Shown here piece after piece: positions 50,512-61,953 of a DNA stretch of 64,000 nt. Numbering within the stretch: the stretch's first letter is position 1; every line of letters starts with the position of its first letter. Position numbers and translations under genes: made by a program. Source of the DNA: Vitrella brassicaformis CCMP3155 (taxonomy: Eukaryota > Protista > Chromerida); contig CDMY01000646.1 of the NCBI GenBank assembly GCA_001179505.1, forward strand, positions 245,117 through 309,116, given 5' to 3'. The notes beneath the pieces were generated by a model, which was not told the DNA's origin, ran no database searches, and saw nothing but the letters and a program-made list of their open reading frames with translations.

Positions 50512-52027
50512 TGCAGATGAGAGAAGCAAGAAAAGATGAAGAGAGGCTTGTTAAAGGGATGCGGGATCTAAGAGAGGCCGTGGATTCGTCAGAAGACGCC
50601 CCTTCTCCAGATCGCCGCCGCCACGCAAACACTCGCCTCGGCTGCTCTCTTTCTCCTCGCGAACGCTTTCAGTGGCCAAAAGCTGACAAAGACTGGCAAT
50701 GAATCCTAGCGGAAGTCCAGCTTGTTGTCATGCTATCACCATGGGCCCTCGGGTGATTCACCAATACGAGAAAGCTGTCGATGCCGTCGCCCTTGGGGCT
50801 CGGCGCATGCGGGTGAATCGAACGAGACGCGGTCAGCTGAGGGCACACACACGGACAAACATAGGCTTTTGCACACTGTGGAGGTGCTGGAACTGAGAAA
50901 GCCTTGAAAACCGTTACGGCCTCTTGGTCCTACAAGCGCGCAGCTTCGTTTTTCCTTGTTTCTCGTCAACGAGTGTTTTAAGGCTCACAGTCAGCTTCAA
51001 TGAGCGCTTCTGGACTGCTCTCTTCCCTGCAAGAAGGACTGGTAGCCTTGCAAAGTGGACATGTAGCCCCGAGCCCCACCAGGCGAGTGCTCCTCCTGTC
51101 TGCCAATTAGCGTCCTGCGGCTGTACGTCCGCCCTCCCTGCCAGTGTAGAAGGTCATCCGCGGCCACTTTGCTGCTTCTTGAGCCCGTTTTTGGCCCTAA
51201 TTTGGCGAAATTCGCCCCCTGGAGTCTCTTCATCGCCCGTGGGGCCCTGCTCCCATTCCTTGATCCCAATCTTCAAATCCCCAAGTGAAGGTGAGGCACC
51301 ACACGGGAAAGGCAGGCCCTCACGTGTAAAGGCAAGGCCCACCGATCGACCTGAAAATTTGCAATGGTAGAGCTGCGGCTCGTAGTGCTTTGAGTTGGCT
51401 GGGGGCTTGACTTCTTTCAGCATAGGCAATGACATGAGACCCCTCTGCCTTAGAGGGAGGCCACGCTGGCCCCCATGTGCTAACAACCGTCAGTTTGAAA
51501 CCAATCAGTCATTTTGAGTCGTTTTCGACAGGGAATGTCTCCAGCCTGCCCCCCCGCCCTCCAGCCGCTCCCCGGCCTTTGACTGAGTCTTCTTCGGCCG
51601 TTTCTTTTTGATCGATTGATCCTTTTCCGAGCCTGCAGCCTGCCAGCTACACCTTCTTGCGGCCCCCAGCCTGAAAAGTGCGCCAATTGTGAAGCCATCC
51701 GATCGACTCTCTCGTATCACCCGGATGGCCTCTGATGGTCATCGGGGGGTGCCAGAGGGTCCTCGGTGGCCTCATAGCAGCGTACTTTCCCACAAACTGT
51801 GCATAAGAGCGAGGAAAACGCCGATAAAGGCAGCCAGACGGGCGAAATTTCGCACAGACCTAAAACTCGCGAGCCAGGCCTTTGCCCTGTTTTTTGTGCG
51901 TGCGAGCCTCTCCAGACCCGTAATTGTGCTCATCGAATCTGCCGCTTTCTCGTGTGGGTCAGGTGGTGTGCGGCGGCGGACGGCTTGCCCTCGTCGGTAG
52001 GGAGACTCGGCTTATCCCTACATCAAG

Positions 52028-55000
52028 ATGTCGCTCCCTCCCTACCTGAATGAGGACCAGCTGTCGAAGTTCAGGACCAAATACTGTAAGCGAGGGCACA
52101 GGGGGACGCCACACACACGCACAGAGGGCGGGGAGGGGGAGAGAGTCAGGTATGGGTCGGTTTTGGTCGTCTATGTGTGGGTGTGACGCGGATATCGCCG
52201 TGTCGAGGCAGAGAAGGCAGCCGCAGCCAGGCGTGCGTGTCACCATGTGATAGAGGAGAGCATTGCGCATCGCCTGATACCACTCACACCCCGTTCCATG
52301 CCTGGATGCTTTCGTGTGGCCTCATGTTTGCTCGCGTCTCACTGTGTGTGTGCACCCGTGTGTGTGGCATCAGAGCATCTGTCCTGACGCCTGGTTTCTC
52401 CGTTGTGTGTGGTGTGCTGCAGGTGAGCGTCTGATCAAACATGGGAGGTGCTGCTTCGGCCATCAGTAAGAGCCACCTGCACACAGGCAGGGAGAGGGGA
52501 GAGTGGCGGGTGGAGGGGGAAGGAGTCCGTGAGACACGCATGTTGGTGCGTGCATGCGGCCTGTCTGTGCGCCATGGCTATGCTGAGCTGCCCTGCTGGC
52601 CTCACACCTGCTGCTCGACGCGCACATGTGCACACAGTCCCTGCCACACCACACACACCTGCATGTCCGTGTGCGTGTGTGTGTGTGTCTCTGTCTGTGT
52701 GTGTGCAGGTGTCAGTACTCCCATCTGGATTGGACGCGTCGTTCGCCCGAGAAGTTCGACTACGAGCCGCGTCTGTGTCCGCACGTGACCCTGACGCCCA
52801 CCATCAAGAACGGCAGGAGGGCCACCGTCGCGACATCCACTTGCCCATACGACAAGAAATGCCCACTCGCACACACGGTCAGTAGGGCAGCTGGTTGGTC
52901 AGCGCGACGCACACACATGGATGGATGGATGGATGAATGGATTTGCTTGCATGCTGCTGCTGGCGTCACGTCGTGGATGGGGTTCCTGTGCCCATGCGCT
53001 TCAGAGAGAGGAGCAGATGTGAGCAGCACACCCACATGTGACTTGACTGATGGCTGATATTTCTGTGTGCTTGGTGTTGGGTGTGTTGGGTGTCAGGTAC
53101 CACCCACGGGTAAGGAACGGTCAATGGGACGGACTGTACTGTTGCCGACGGGCAAGTATGTGTGTGTGTGTGTGTGTGTGTGTCGTCCACTCATCCGTCC
53201 ACACCACACCCATATCAGATATACAAGACCATCGAGTGTGTGCGGCACAAGCACACCCCCTGCGAGCGGTACTACTGCCCTTTCGCACACTCCAAGTGAG
53301 CACTTGGTACTGACTGGGTGGGGGGAAAAGTTAGATGGGGTTCGTGTGTGTCATGTGTGTCATCTGTGTGTGTGTGTGGTGCAGGGACGAGTTGCATGAT
53401 TTGACTAGAAATCCGGGAGAGACACTGCAGGACATTCTCGGTCGGTCACACCCGCACCCACACACACACATATTCGTTCATCTTTGTCGTCTGCGTGTCT
53501 GGCCATGCGCTGCGTGTGTTGGCAGGTCCGTTTGATAGCTTGGAGGATCTTTACCCCGATGAGTACTCCACAGAAGACCAGGTCACCCCGCAGGTGCGCA
53601 CGCAGACACACACACACACACACACGACACGGGTACTGGTGTTGGTGTCGGTCTGTCTATCTGTCTGTCTGTCTGTCCCTCCCTCCCTCCCTCCCTCTGT
53701 GTGTGTGTGTGTGTGTGTGTCAGTTGAAGCAGCGCTGGATAGCTCAGGAGAAGGAGTTCTGGAACGAGAAGGGCCACGACTTCGACATCCCCCCTGACGT
53801 CGGACAAGACGACCTCGGCACTCTCAACATCGGCGCAACACGACGCACGTACGCCCACAACCAACCACCCTTGCCCACCCCCTCCCTCTCTGCGCGCATG
53901 TGTGCGCGTACGCAGGCACCATGGCCGTGGCAGGGACGGCCGTGTCTATGAGGATGACGACAGCAGCAGATACGGCCGCAGACACAGAGGCGGTGGTGCA
54001 GCTGGGGGCGGCCGTGGGGGCGGTGCTGGTGGTCCTGGCGGAGGAGGGAGGAACACATGGCGTGGAGGAGGTGCCATGGGTGGGGGTGGAGGAGGTGGGA
54101 GGGGTCTTGGCGGCGGCGGCGGCGGCGGCTTCCCCGACTACCCATATGACGACTTCGCACTCGAAGGTCAGTCATGTCGACCCTCACGGACACCTCTGCA
54201 CGTCTCCCTCCCTCTCTCTCGATGTGTCAATCTGTGTGTCTCTCTAGTAGACCGTCGTCCCTCCCACCGGCGCACCCACAACGGCCCTGGCAGCGCCGTG
54301 CCCCGCACTCGCCACCCCTACCCACCCACAGCAGCAGCAACAGCGGACAACCGTGGGGGCGGCAGCACCAGCACCGGCGGCGGCCCCAATCGCAACAATG
54401 GCTGGCCCTACGGCGATGGAGGCCTAGCTGATGAGGCCGAGGGCATGGACGGGGCCATAGGTGGAGTGGGCGGCGGTATGCGTGTGGGTGGAGGTTTGCT
54501 GAGTCCGTATCAGGGCAAGAGCGGCCCCGCTTCTGGCGGAGGGGAGTACCTGTATGCGCGCGACGAGCGGGAGAGGCCGCGAAGGGAAGCCAGCAGCAGG
54601 GGCCAGGGTAAGACGGAGAGAGAAGAGAGAGAGATACAGGGGAGAGAAGCGCTTTCTTTTGACGCGCGTGTGCGTGTGTGTTGTGTGTTGTGTGCAGGCC
54701 GTGGTCGCCGTGACGGCCACCCTGTGTTGCGTGAGGTGGTGTGGCGAGAGGTGCAGGGCGTGTTCCTCTACGACCCACAGGCGCTCATCGGCACTGCACG
54801 AGATGACCCTCAGACCAAGGCACACTGCACACACACACTTACACACAGCCCTCCTCGTGTCTGAGGGTGTGTGTGTGTGGTCAGGTGTATGGCGGCGTGA
54901 TGCGCCGCGGCGCCATGGACAAGTACAAAGTAGCCGTCAAGGTGATATTACACACACACACACACACACACACTTTCCTCTCTCTCTCTCTCTCTCTGGA

Positions 55001-55878
55001 TGGATGGATGGATGCATGTCAGGCGGTCCCGTTGGCCCTGCCGTCTCCGTCGGAGGACCTGCTGCGCGAGTTCCAGGTGCTGCTGCAGCAGCGGCACCCC
55101 AAGTTCGTCAACCTCCACGCCATATGCATCACGGCCACCTGCCCCCCAGCCACACAGACCAACCTCTTTTGCCCAGCCATGCTCCCGTCCATCGAGGGCG
55201 GCCCACAGGTGCGGTGGGCATGGACGCCGTCGCCATCCATGTGTGTGTCTGTCTGTGTAAGTTGTGTGTTGTGGGGTCTGTTGGTGTGTGTGTGTGTGTG
55301 TGCAGAAGGAGGGCAAGTACCTGTGGGCGGCGCTGGATCTGTGTGTGGGCCGTTTGGACGAGATGGTGCCGCTGGAGCGGCTCAAGAACACGGCCCTCGA
55401 CGGCCCCACACCGCCATTCGCATGTACGATGGATGTGTGTGAGCGAGAAGCAGAGACAGACAGAGACAGACCACACACGCGTCGATATGGTTTCCCTGGC
55501 GTCTTCACTTTGTCGTGTCCACTCACTGTGCAGTCATTTCGTTGCTGCACGACTTCCTGGACGCCATACACAGCCTCCACAGCGTCGGAATCGCCCACAT
55601 GTACCCTCTTCTCCTTCACCCTCCCCCACCCTCCCCCACCCTCGCAACACACACACACACACACGCACACCCCATGTGTGTGTCTTTGTCTGTGGATGGA
55701 TGGATGGATTGCTGCAGGCGCATCCACCCAGGCAACGTGTTGGTGCAGTCCAACTACAACCTGAAGCTCGGCGACTTTCTGGGCAAGGTGCGCTACGTCA
55801 TGGTGGACGCGCTCGTCGACAACGGCAAGGGCGGCATCGCCAAAGCGCGGGACATTCTCACAAAGGTATGGCTTCACA

Positions 55879-55915
<37 letters not shown>

Positions 55916-56410
55916 GGATGTGTGTGTGTGTGCGTGCGCCTGTAGATGGTGGACAACAAGTCCGAGTGCATGTGGTACGCCCCCGAGCTGCTGCAGCACC
56001 TGGTCGACCAGCGCAGCCGCACACACAGCCTGCTCGAGATGCAGACGACCGACCACGAGCAGGCCGCAATCGCCACGGCCATCCCCACTGACACAGCCAG
56101 CCCCAACACGGCCGCAGACACACTGCAGGCAGCACAGGCGGTGAGTTGGGCGAAGGAGTTAGGGAGGGAGGGAGGGAGGGGGGCACATACACAATGGGGG
56201 GATGGATGGATGGATGGATATTTCTCGGTTCCTCTCTCTGTGTGTGGTCTGGTGTGTTGCCGCAGCTGGCACTGGTAGAGTTCAAGCGGCAGTCTCAGAT
56301 GATCGACCTGCTCAAAGCCGACGTCTGGTCGGCAGGTACTCACACCTACACACACTGGCAGACAGACAGACAGACAGACGGCAGCAACACCTGCACACAC
56401 TCTCTCCACC

Positions 56411-56458
<48 letters not shown>

Positions 56459-57367
56459 GTGCAGCTTTGGTCATGTTTTATATGGCGTCTGGTGGGCAGC
56501 ATCCGTGTGGCGACATCGACAAGCCTTCACCGACCGTCCGGCGCGTCCGGGAGGACGACGAGCCATACAAACTCAGAGACGTCAGCGAATACGGGGAACC
56601 AGCGTGCGAGACGACCCACACATCCATCCATCCGGGCTGATTTGGATTGTGTGTGTGCAGCTGTCCAAGTCGGCGGTGCTGCACGATCTGCTGTGTCTGA
56701 TGCTGCACAAGGACCCCGCCAAGCGCATCAGTGTGCAGCAGGCCCTCGACCACCCCCTATTCTGGCGAACCGACGAGACATCCAACTTCCTCTCCATCTG
56801 CAGAGACGCACTCGACGTAGCCAGGCCATCCCCCAACTCACCCTCACCCTCCCCCCCACACACCCATTGCCCATCGCCCATCACCCATCCCTCTCTCTCT
56901 CTGTCTCTGTGTGTGTGTCAGTACTGGGGCTATTCGTTGGAGTCTTCCCTCCCTCCCCCGCCGTCTCCCCTGCTCTCCCTCGGGCAGGCGCTGTTCGACA
57001 TCCTCCACCCCGACAAGATCGCCTGTCGGTGGAAGGACATCCTGCGGCAGGCCCACGCACGGCGAGCGCGCCAGACGCTGGGGCTGGGGATGGGTTTGAA
57101 GGTGGCGGAGCAGGTCGGGGGCCACACGCTCGAGGAGATTGAGGAGAGATACCGGTTCAAGCAGCCTGCACTGTCCACGGTGAGATCAACGGCAGTGGGG
57201 TCGAGAGTGGGGTTTGGGGCGTGTTGGCATCAATGTGGTGTGGTGTGGTGTGTGTCAGACGTTCCGCAAGAGTTTGGAGTACGAGACCGGAGCGTCGATG
57301 CTGCTCTTCCTCTCCGAGTATCTCAAAGACGGTAGGTAGGCCACCCAACCAACTGCCGCACACAAAC

Positions 57368-57398
<31 letters not shown>

Positions 57399-59019
57399 AA
57401 CAGACAAGCCAACCCCGCCCTGTCCACTGTGTCTGTCCCTCTCTCTCTCTCTCTCTCCTCAGAGACTGTTCCCCTGCCCGACCGTCGCCGCGACGTCTGC
57501 GACCTGTTCATCCACTTCAGCAACATCACGTGCGCCTCATGGGAGTGCCTCTGGCAGTTCGGCTTCTCGGCAGGCCTCAAGGCGCCCCCGCCCCCGCCCC
57601 ATGCTGCAGCTGCACAGCCACAGCAGCAGCCACCCCAGCAGCAGCAGCAGCAGCAGCCACCGCCTCTCCTTCCCTCCATCCAGCAGCTCCCGGCCCTCTC
57701 CCTGCCGTCACGCAGTGGGCATGGCCACCACTCCCAGCACCAACACCATCAGGCGCCATCCTACGGGGCCGGCACGACCACCACGGAGTCGCCGTCGTCT
57801 CTCCCAGGGGAGGAGTTCTCGGCCACAGCAACGACAACGGCCGGCCGCCACGTGGGGTACGATCCCGCCATGGCGCTGGCAGAGCGGGCCAACATGAGCC
57901 TGGGTGGGCCGTCGAGGGAGGTGTCGTCCTCCCCCGAGACTCTGAATGAGGGCGGTGGTGGTCTGGGGGCCGGTGTGGGGGTGGGTGTGGGTGTGGCGGG
58001 GGGCCTGTTTGAGCCCAACGGGAGCATTGGTAGCATCGGCAGCTTGGTGCAGTTCCTCACCCCGGACCAGCAGCAGCAGCACCAGCCATTCGCCACCACC
58101 ACGGCCACACCCTTTGCCATGGCCCCCCACACAGCCACGGCCCCCCACCTACACCGTCACACCCGCACCCACACCCACGACCTGCTCACGCCAGCCGTGC
58201 CCGCCGGTCCCAGCTCTGGCATCTTCGGCTCCATCGCGCCCATGCGCACATTCACAAGCGAGTCGAGTGGGCCCGACATCGGCGCGGAGAACGGCATGGG
58301 CATGGGCGTCGGCGGAGTCGCTGGCTCCTTCGCACCGGGTGTGTGGGGCACTGGGGCGGGGGGGCAGCAGCAGAGCCTCTTTGCCTTCCCCTTGTCGAGT
58401 GGCGGTGCTGGAGGCAGTGGTGAGCAGCCAGCTGCCCCATTCCACCACTCACAGCAGCAGCAGGCGGGCAGTGGGCCCTATCAGCCGCCCCCGATGGTGG
58501 TGGGCAGTAGCAGCAGCAGTAGTGGCGGCGGTGGCGGTGGCGGTGTGTTCGGCGGTGTTGGTGTTGGGATTGGTGGTGAGGTGCCTTCGTCGTCTTCTTT
58601 GCGCGGGATGATTGACGGCGACATGATGATGGGCATCCAGCAACTGCAGCAGCAGCTGGGTTGTGGGGGTGGGGGTGGGGTCGGCGTAGGCACATCCAGC
58701 AGTGTTCAGGTACACCCACCACGCCACACACCCACCACACCCACGATGCACACACGCATACGTGTGTGTGTCCTTCTGTGGTCTGTCTCAGAGTTCCATC
58801 TCTGCCGCTCACAGCGAGGCGTTCCAGCCCCACCACCAGCAGCAGCAGCAGCAGCAGCCCGGACCTCCACCACCCCACGTCAGCACACCCAACATCATTA
58901 CTGAGCCTCAGGGCCCCCCTGCAGCTGCGGCGGTGGCCATGGCTGTCGGCCCGTCGCTGCCGGCCCCGATCGCCCGCAGGCCGCCCAAGCTGGGCGGCAG
59001 CTTCCAGAGTCAGAACTGA
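52028..59019 (+). CDS. Unkempt-type tandem CCCH zinc fingers + RGG/Gly-rich region + IRE1/RNase L-like pseudokinase + KEN-like domain + Gln/Gly/Pro-rich tail
   Basis: MSLPPYLNEDQLSKFRTKY|CERLIKHGRCCFGHQ|CQYSHLDWTRRSPEKFDYEPRLCP...CPYDKKCPLAHT|REEQM|YHPR|IYKTIEC...CERYYCPFAHS. Kinase VAVK, LLREF, AHMRIHPGNVLV, LKLGDFLG, WYAPELL, ADVWSA, YMASGGQHPCGD, KDPAKRISVQQALDHPLFW. Over 20 exons join in consistent phase; TGA at 59017-59019. Confidence 0.85.
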
Positions 59020-59620
59020 TAGACGGGAAGGGGGAGATGGAGGGAGGGAGGGAGGGAGGGAGGGAGGGGTGCATAAGATGCTTACGTGTAGCTGACTGAT
59101 GGATGCGGGGTGTGCGTGAGGTGAGCGGATGCATGTGTAGGGTCGTTGGCTCGTAGGAGCGCTCCTTCCCTCCCTCCCTCCCTCCCTCCCTCCTTGGCTG
59201 GCTGGCTGGCTGGCTGGCTGGGGGTGCGTAAGCAAGTGGGTGGGGAGATGGGATGGGTGTAGGAGAGAGAGGGTTGTGATGTGATGCCTGCCTGCCTGCA
59301 TACCCTCCATTGATGAGTGAGTGTTTAACGGCCTGCTGACACACTGGGATTTGTGTCTCTTCCTGCCTGCCTGCCTGCCTGCCTGGCTGGCTGGCTGCCC
59401 AAAGCGTTTTTGCCTAAGTGGTGGAGAAATGGGGTTTTCGCGCCCCCACAGAGACAGACAGGAAGGTCCCTCCCTCTCATTATATCGGAGAGAGACCGAC
59501 CCACAGGTAGTATGGTAGTTGACTGACTCATCCATCGCCTCATCAATCAGATCAGGAGAGAGAGGGGGATCCCTTCCTCCCCCCTCTCTCTCCCTCTCTG
59601 TCTCCCCCACCCCCCACCCC

Positions 59621-59920
59621 NNNNNNNNNNNNNNNNNNNNNNNNNNNNNNNNNNNNNNNNNNNNNNNNNNNNNNNNNNNNNNNNNNNNNNNNNNNNNNNN
59701 NNNNNNNNNNNNNNNNNNNNNNNNNNNNNNNNNNNNNNNNNNNNNNNNNNNNNNNNNNNNNNNNNNNNNNNNNNNNNNNNNNNNNNNNNNNNNNNNNNNN
59801 NNNNNNNNNNNNNNNNNNNNNNNNNNNNNNNNNNNNNNNNNNNNNNNNNNNNNNNNNNNNNNNNNNNNNNNNNNNNNNNNNNNNNNNNNNNNNNNNNNNN
59901 NNNNNNNNNNNNNNNNNNNN
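59621..59920. other. Assembly gap (300 N)
   Basis: Run of n; the long 'ORFs' containing X across it are artefacts. Confidence 1.
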
Positions 59921-61953
59921 GTGTGTGGAAATATACCTACCTGCATACCTTTCTGGTTAGTCGGTGGCTGCCGCGGCGATGCCCGGCCCTGTTGCTTACG
60001 TAGATGGCTGCTTGCCGGGCTGCCTGCCTGCCTGCAAAGTACGTGTGCACGTTCGTGAGATTGGCTAAGAGGAGGGCCCGGGGGCTTTAACCATCGACAC
60101 GAGAGAGAGAGGGACACAGACAGGACAGCAGAATGGCCTTGCCGCCATTGGGGCCGTCTGTGTGCTGTGCGAGTCGCCGAGCCATGGTAGCTCGTTAGGC
60201 CACACCCACCCACACATCCACCGACAAGGCAACACACACACACGCACACAGACACACAGCCAGACAGACAGACAGACAGACAGAATTCGGGCGCGGCGCT
60301 CTTTCCTGCGCTCCGTGTGGACCGGACCGCTCTCTCCCTCTCTGTGTCTCTGTGTGTGTCTGTGCGTGTACCTTGATGGATGGATGGATGGTCGCCTGGT
60401 CGGCTGCCGTGCGTAAGTGCATAATTCATTACACTCACAACGAGCAGTTTTTTGATGTGTACGTTTGTTTTGTGCTGTGTGCTGTGTCCCGCCTTTGCTA
60501 TTCCCTTCGTCTCTCTCTGCGTTGGTGTGGTGTGTGGGTAAGAAGGCTACGTTAGGTTCTGCAAGGCCTGCAGCAGGTTGGTTTTGACGCGTTGCGTTTG
60601 TTTGCCCGCCTCCCTGCCTGCCTGCCTGCCTGCCTGCCCACGTGCCTGATGGATGGATGGATGGAGCGTGCGTGTTTCGCACGGCCAGAGGTGAGTGGGT
60701 GGGTTCGTTTAGAGGCTGCATGCCCGGTACAGGGACAGGGGAGGTTGATTAACCATACGGTGCATAAGTGTGGGTGGGTGGGTGGGTGGGTGGGTGGGAG
60801 TCGACACATGAGTGCTTAACAGGGATAGCGGCCTGCCTCTGCCTGCCTGCCTGCCTGCCTTTGTCTAGTTGCGACACGGCTCGTAGCTAGCTTCCTTCCG
60901 GAACGGTCTGTCTGTCCGTCTGTCCGTCCCCTCGATGGCATCATGTAGGGGCATACAGGCAGGACAGGTGCATAACACAAAATCCATACGTAGTCGGTGT
61001 CCGATATCTATCCAACGTAATGGATGGATGGATGGGTGGGTGGGTGGTCGACTGATCGACTCACCGTGTAGTGAGTGGGTGTAGACGGTGGCTGGCTGGC
61101 TGGATGGATGGCTAAACGAACAGGCAAACGAGCGAGTTTTGCGAGGGTGCAATGGTGGCGGTCAAAGCACATTCATAGAGCGGCCCACACACACAAATCG
61201 GCCAGTCAGGCGGATCGCATCAACGGCCCCACGAGAGCATCGCACACACTCCCGGGGCCGCTCGCAACTTCGCAAGACACAGAGAGTGAACCAGCCACAC
61301 AGAAATCAATGACAGACACCCCGTCCCCTCTCTGTCAGTCAGACCTCCGCGGAAACAGACACACTGACCCACCCCGCCGCCGCACCCACACCTGGGCCCT
61401 CTGGCGTGTCGGGCACATTTTTGTGCCTGCGTGTCTGCACATAATAAAAACACCAGCATGCAGCCCTCATTTGATGGCCTCACTGACCTGCACACGCCAC
61501 GCCGATATCGGCCCCCTCCCTCTCTGTGTCTGTGTGTGCATTTGCCCCCTGTCGCACACACAATCGCTTAGACGACATCACGGCAGACGGCTACAAGAGA
61601 GAGACCAAGAGAAAGACACGACACACACAACACGCACGCAGCCGTCAGTCAGTCACACGGCCAAAACACCCAGCCATAAGAGAGAGAGAGAGACATCCGA
61701 GAGGCACACATTCAGGCAAACACAGCAGTCGTCATCACCCCACCCCTTCCCTCTCCCTGTCAGCGGCCCGCACAGACACACTGCCCCGCCCGCCCACGGC
61801 CATTCTGTGTATGTCACGTCTGCAGGCACACTGACAGACAGCGAGACGACACGAAACATAACGTCGTCCCTGCACATAAAAACAGCAGCGTCCATCTCAC
61901 TCTGTCTGTGGGGCGGGGGGGTACGTCCCTTCTCCCTCTCTCCCATCTGACGC

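Noticed and set aside
58252-60438. 728-aa and 179-aa ORFs spanning the N run
   Set aside because: They stay open only because the gap translates as X; the rest is antisense or microsatellite sequence
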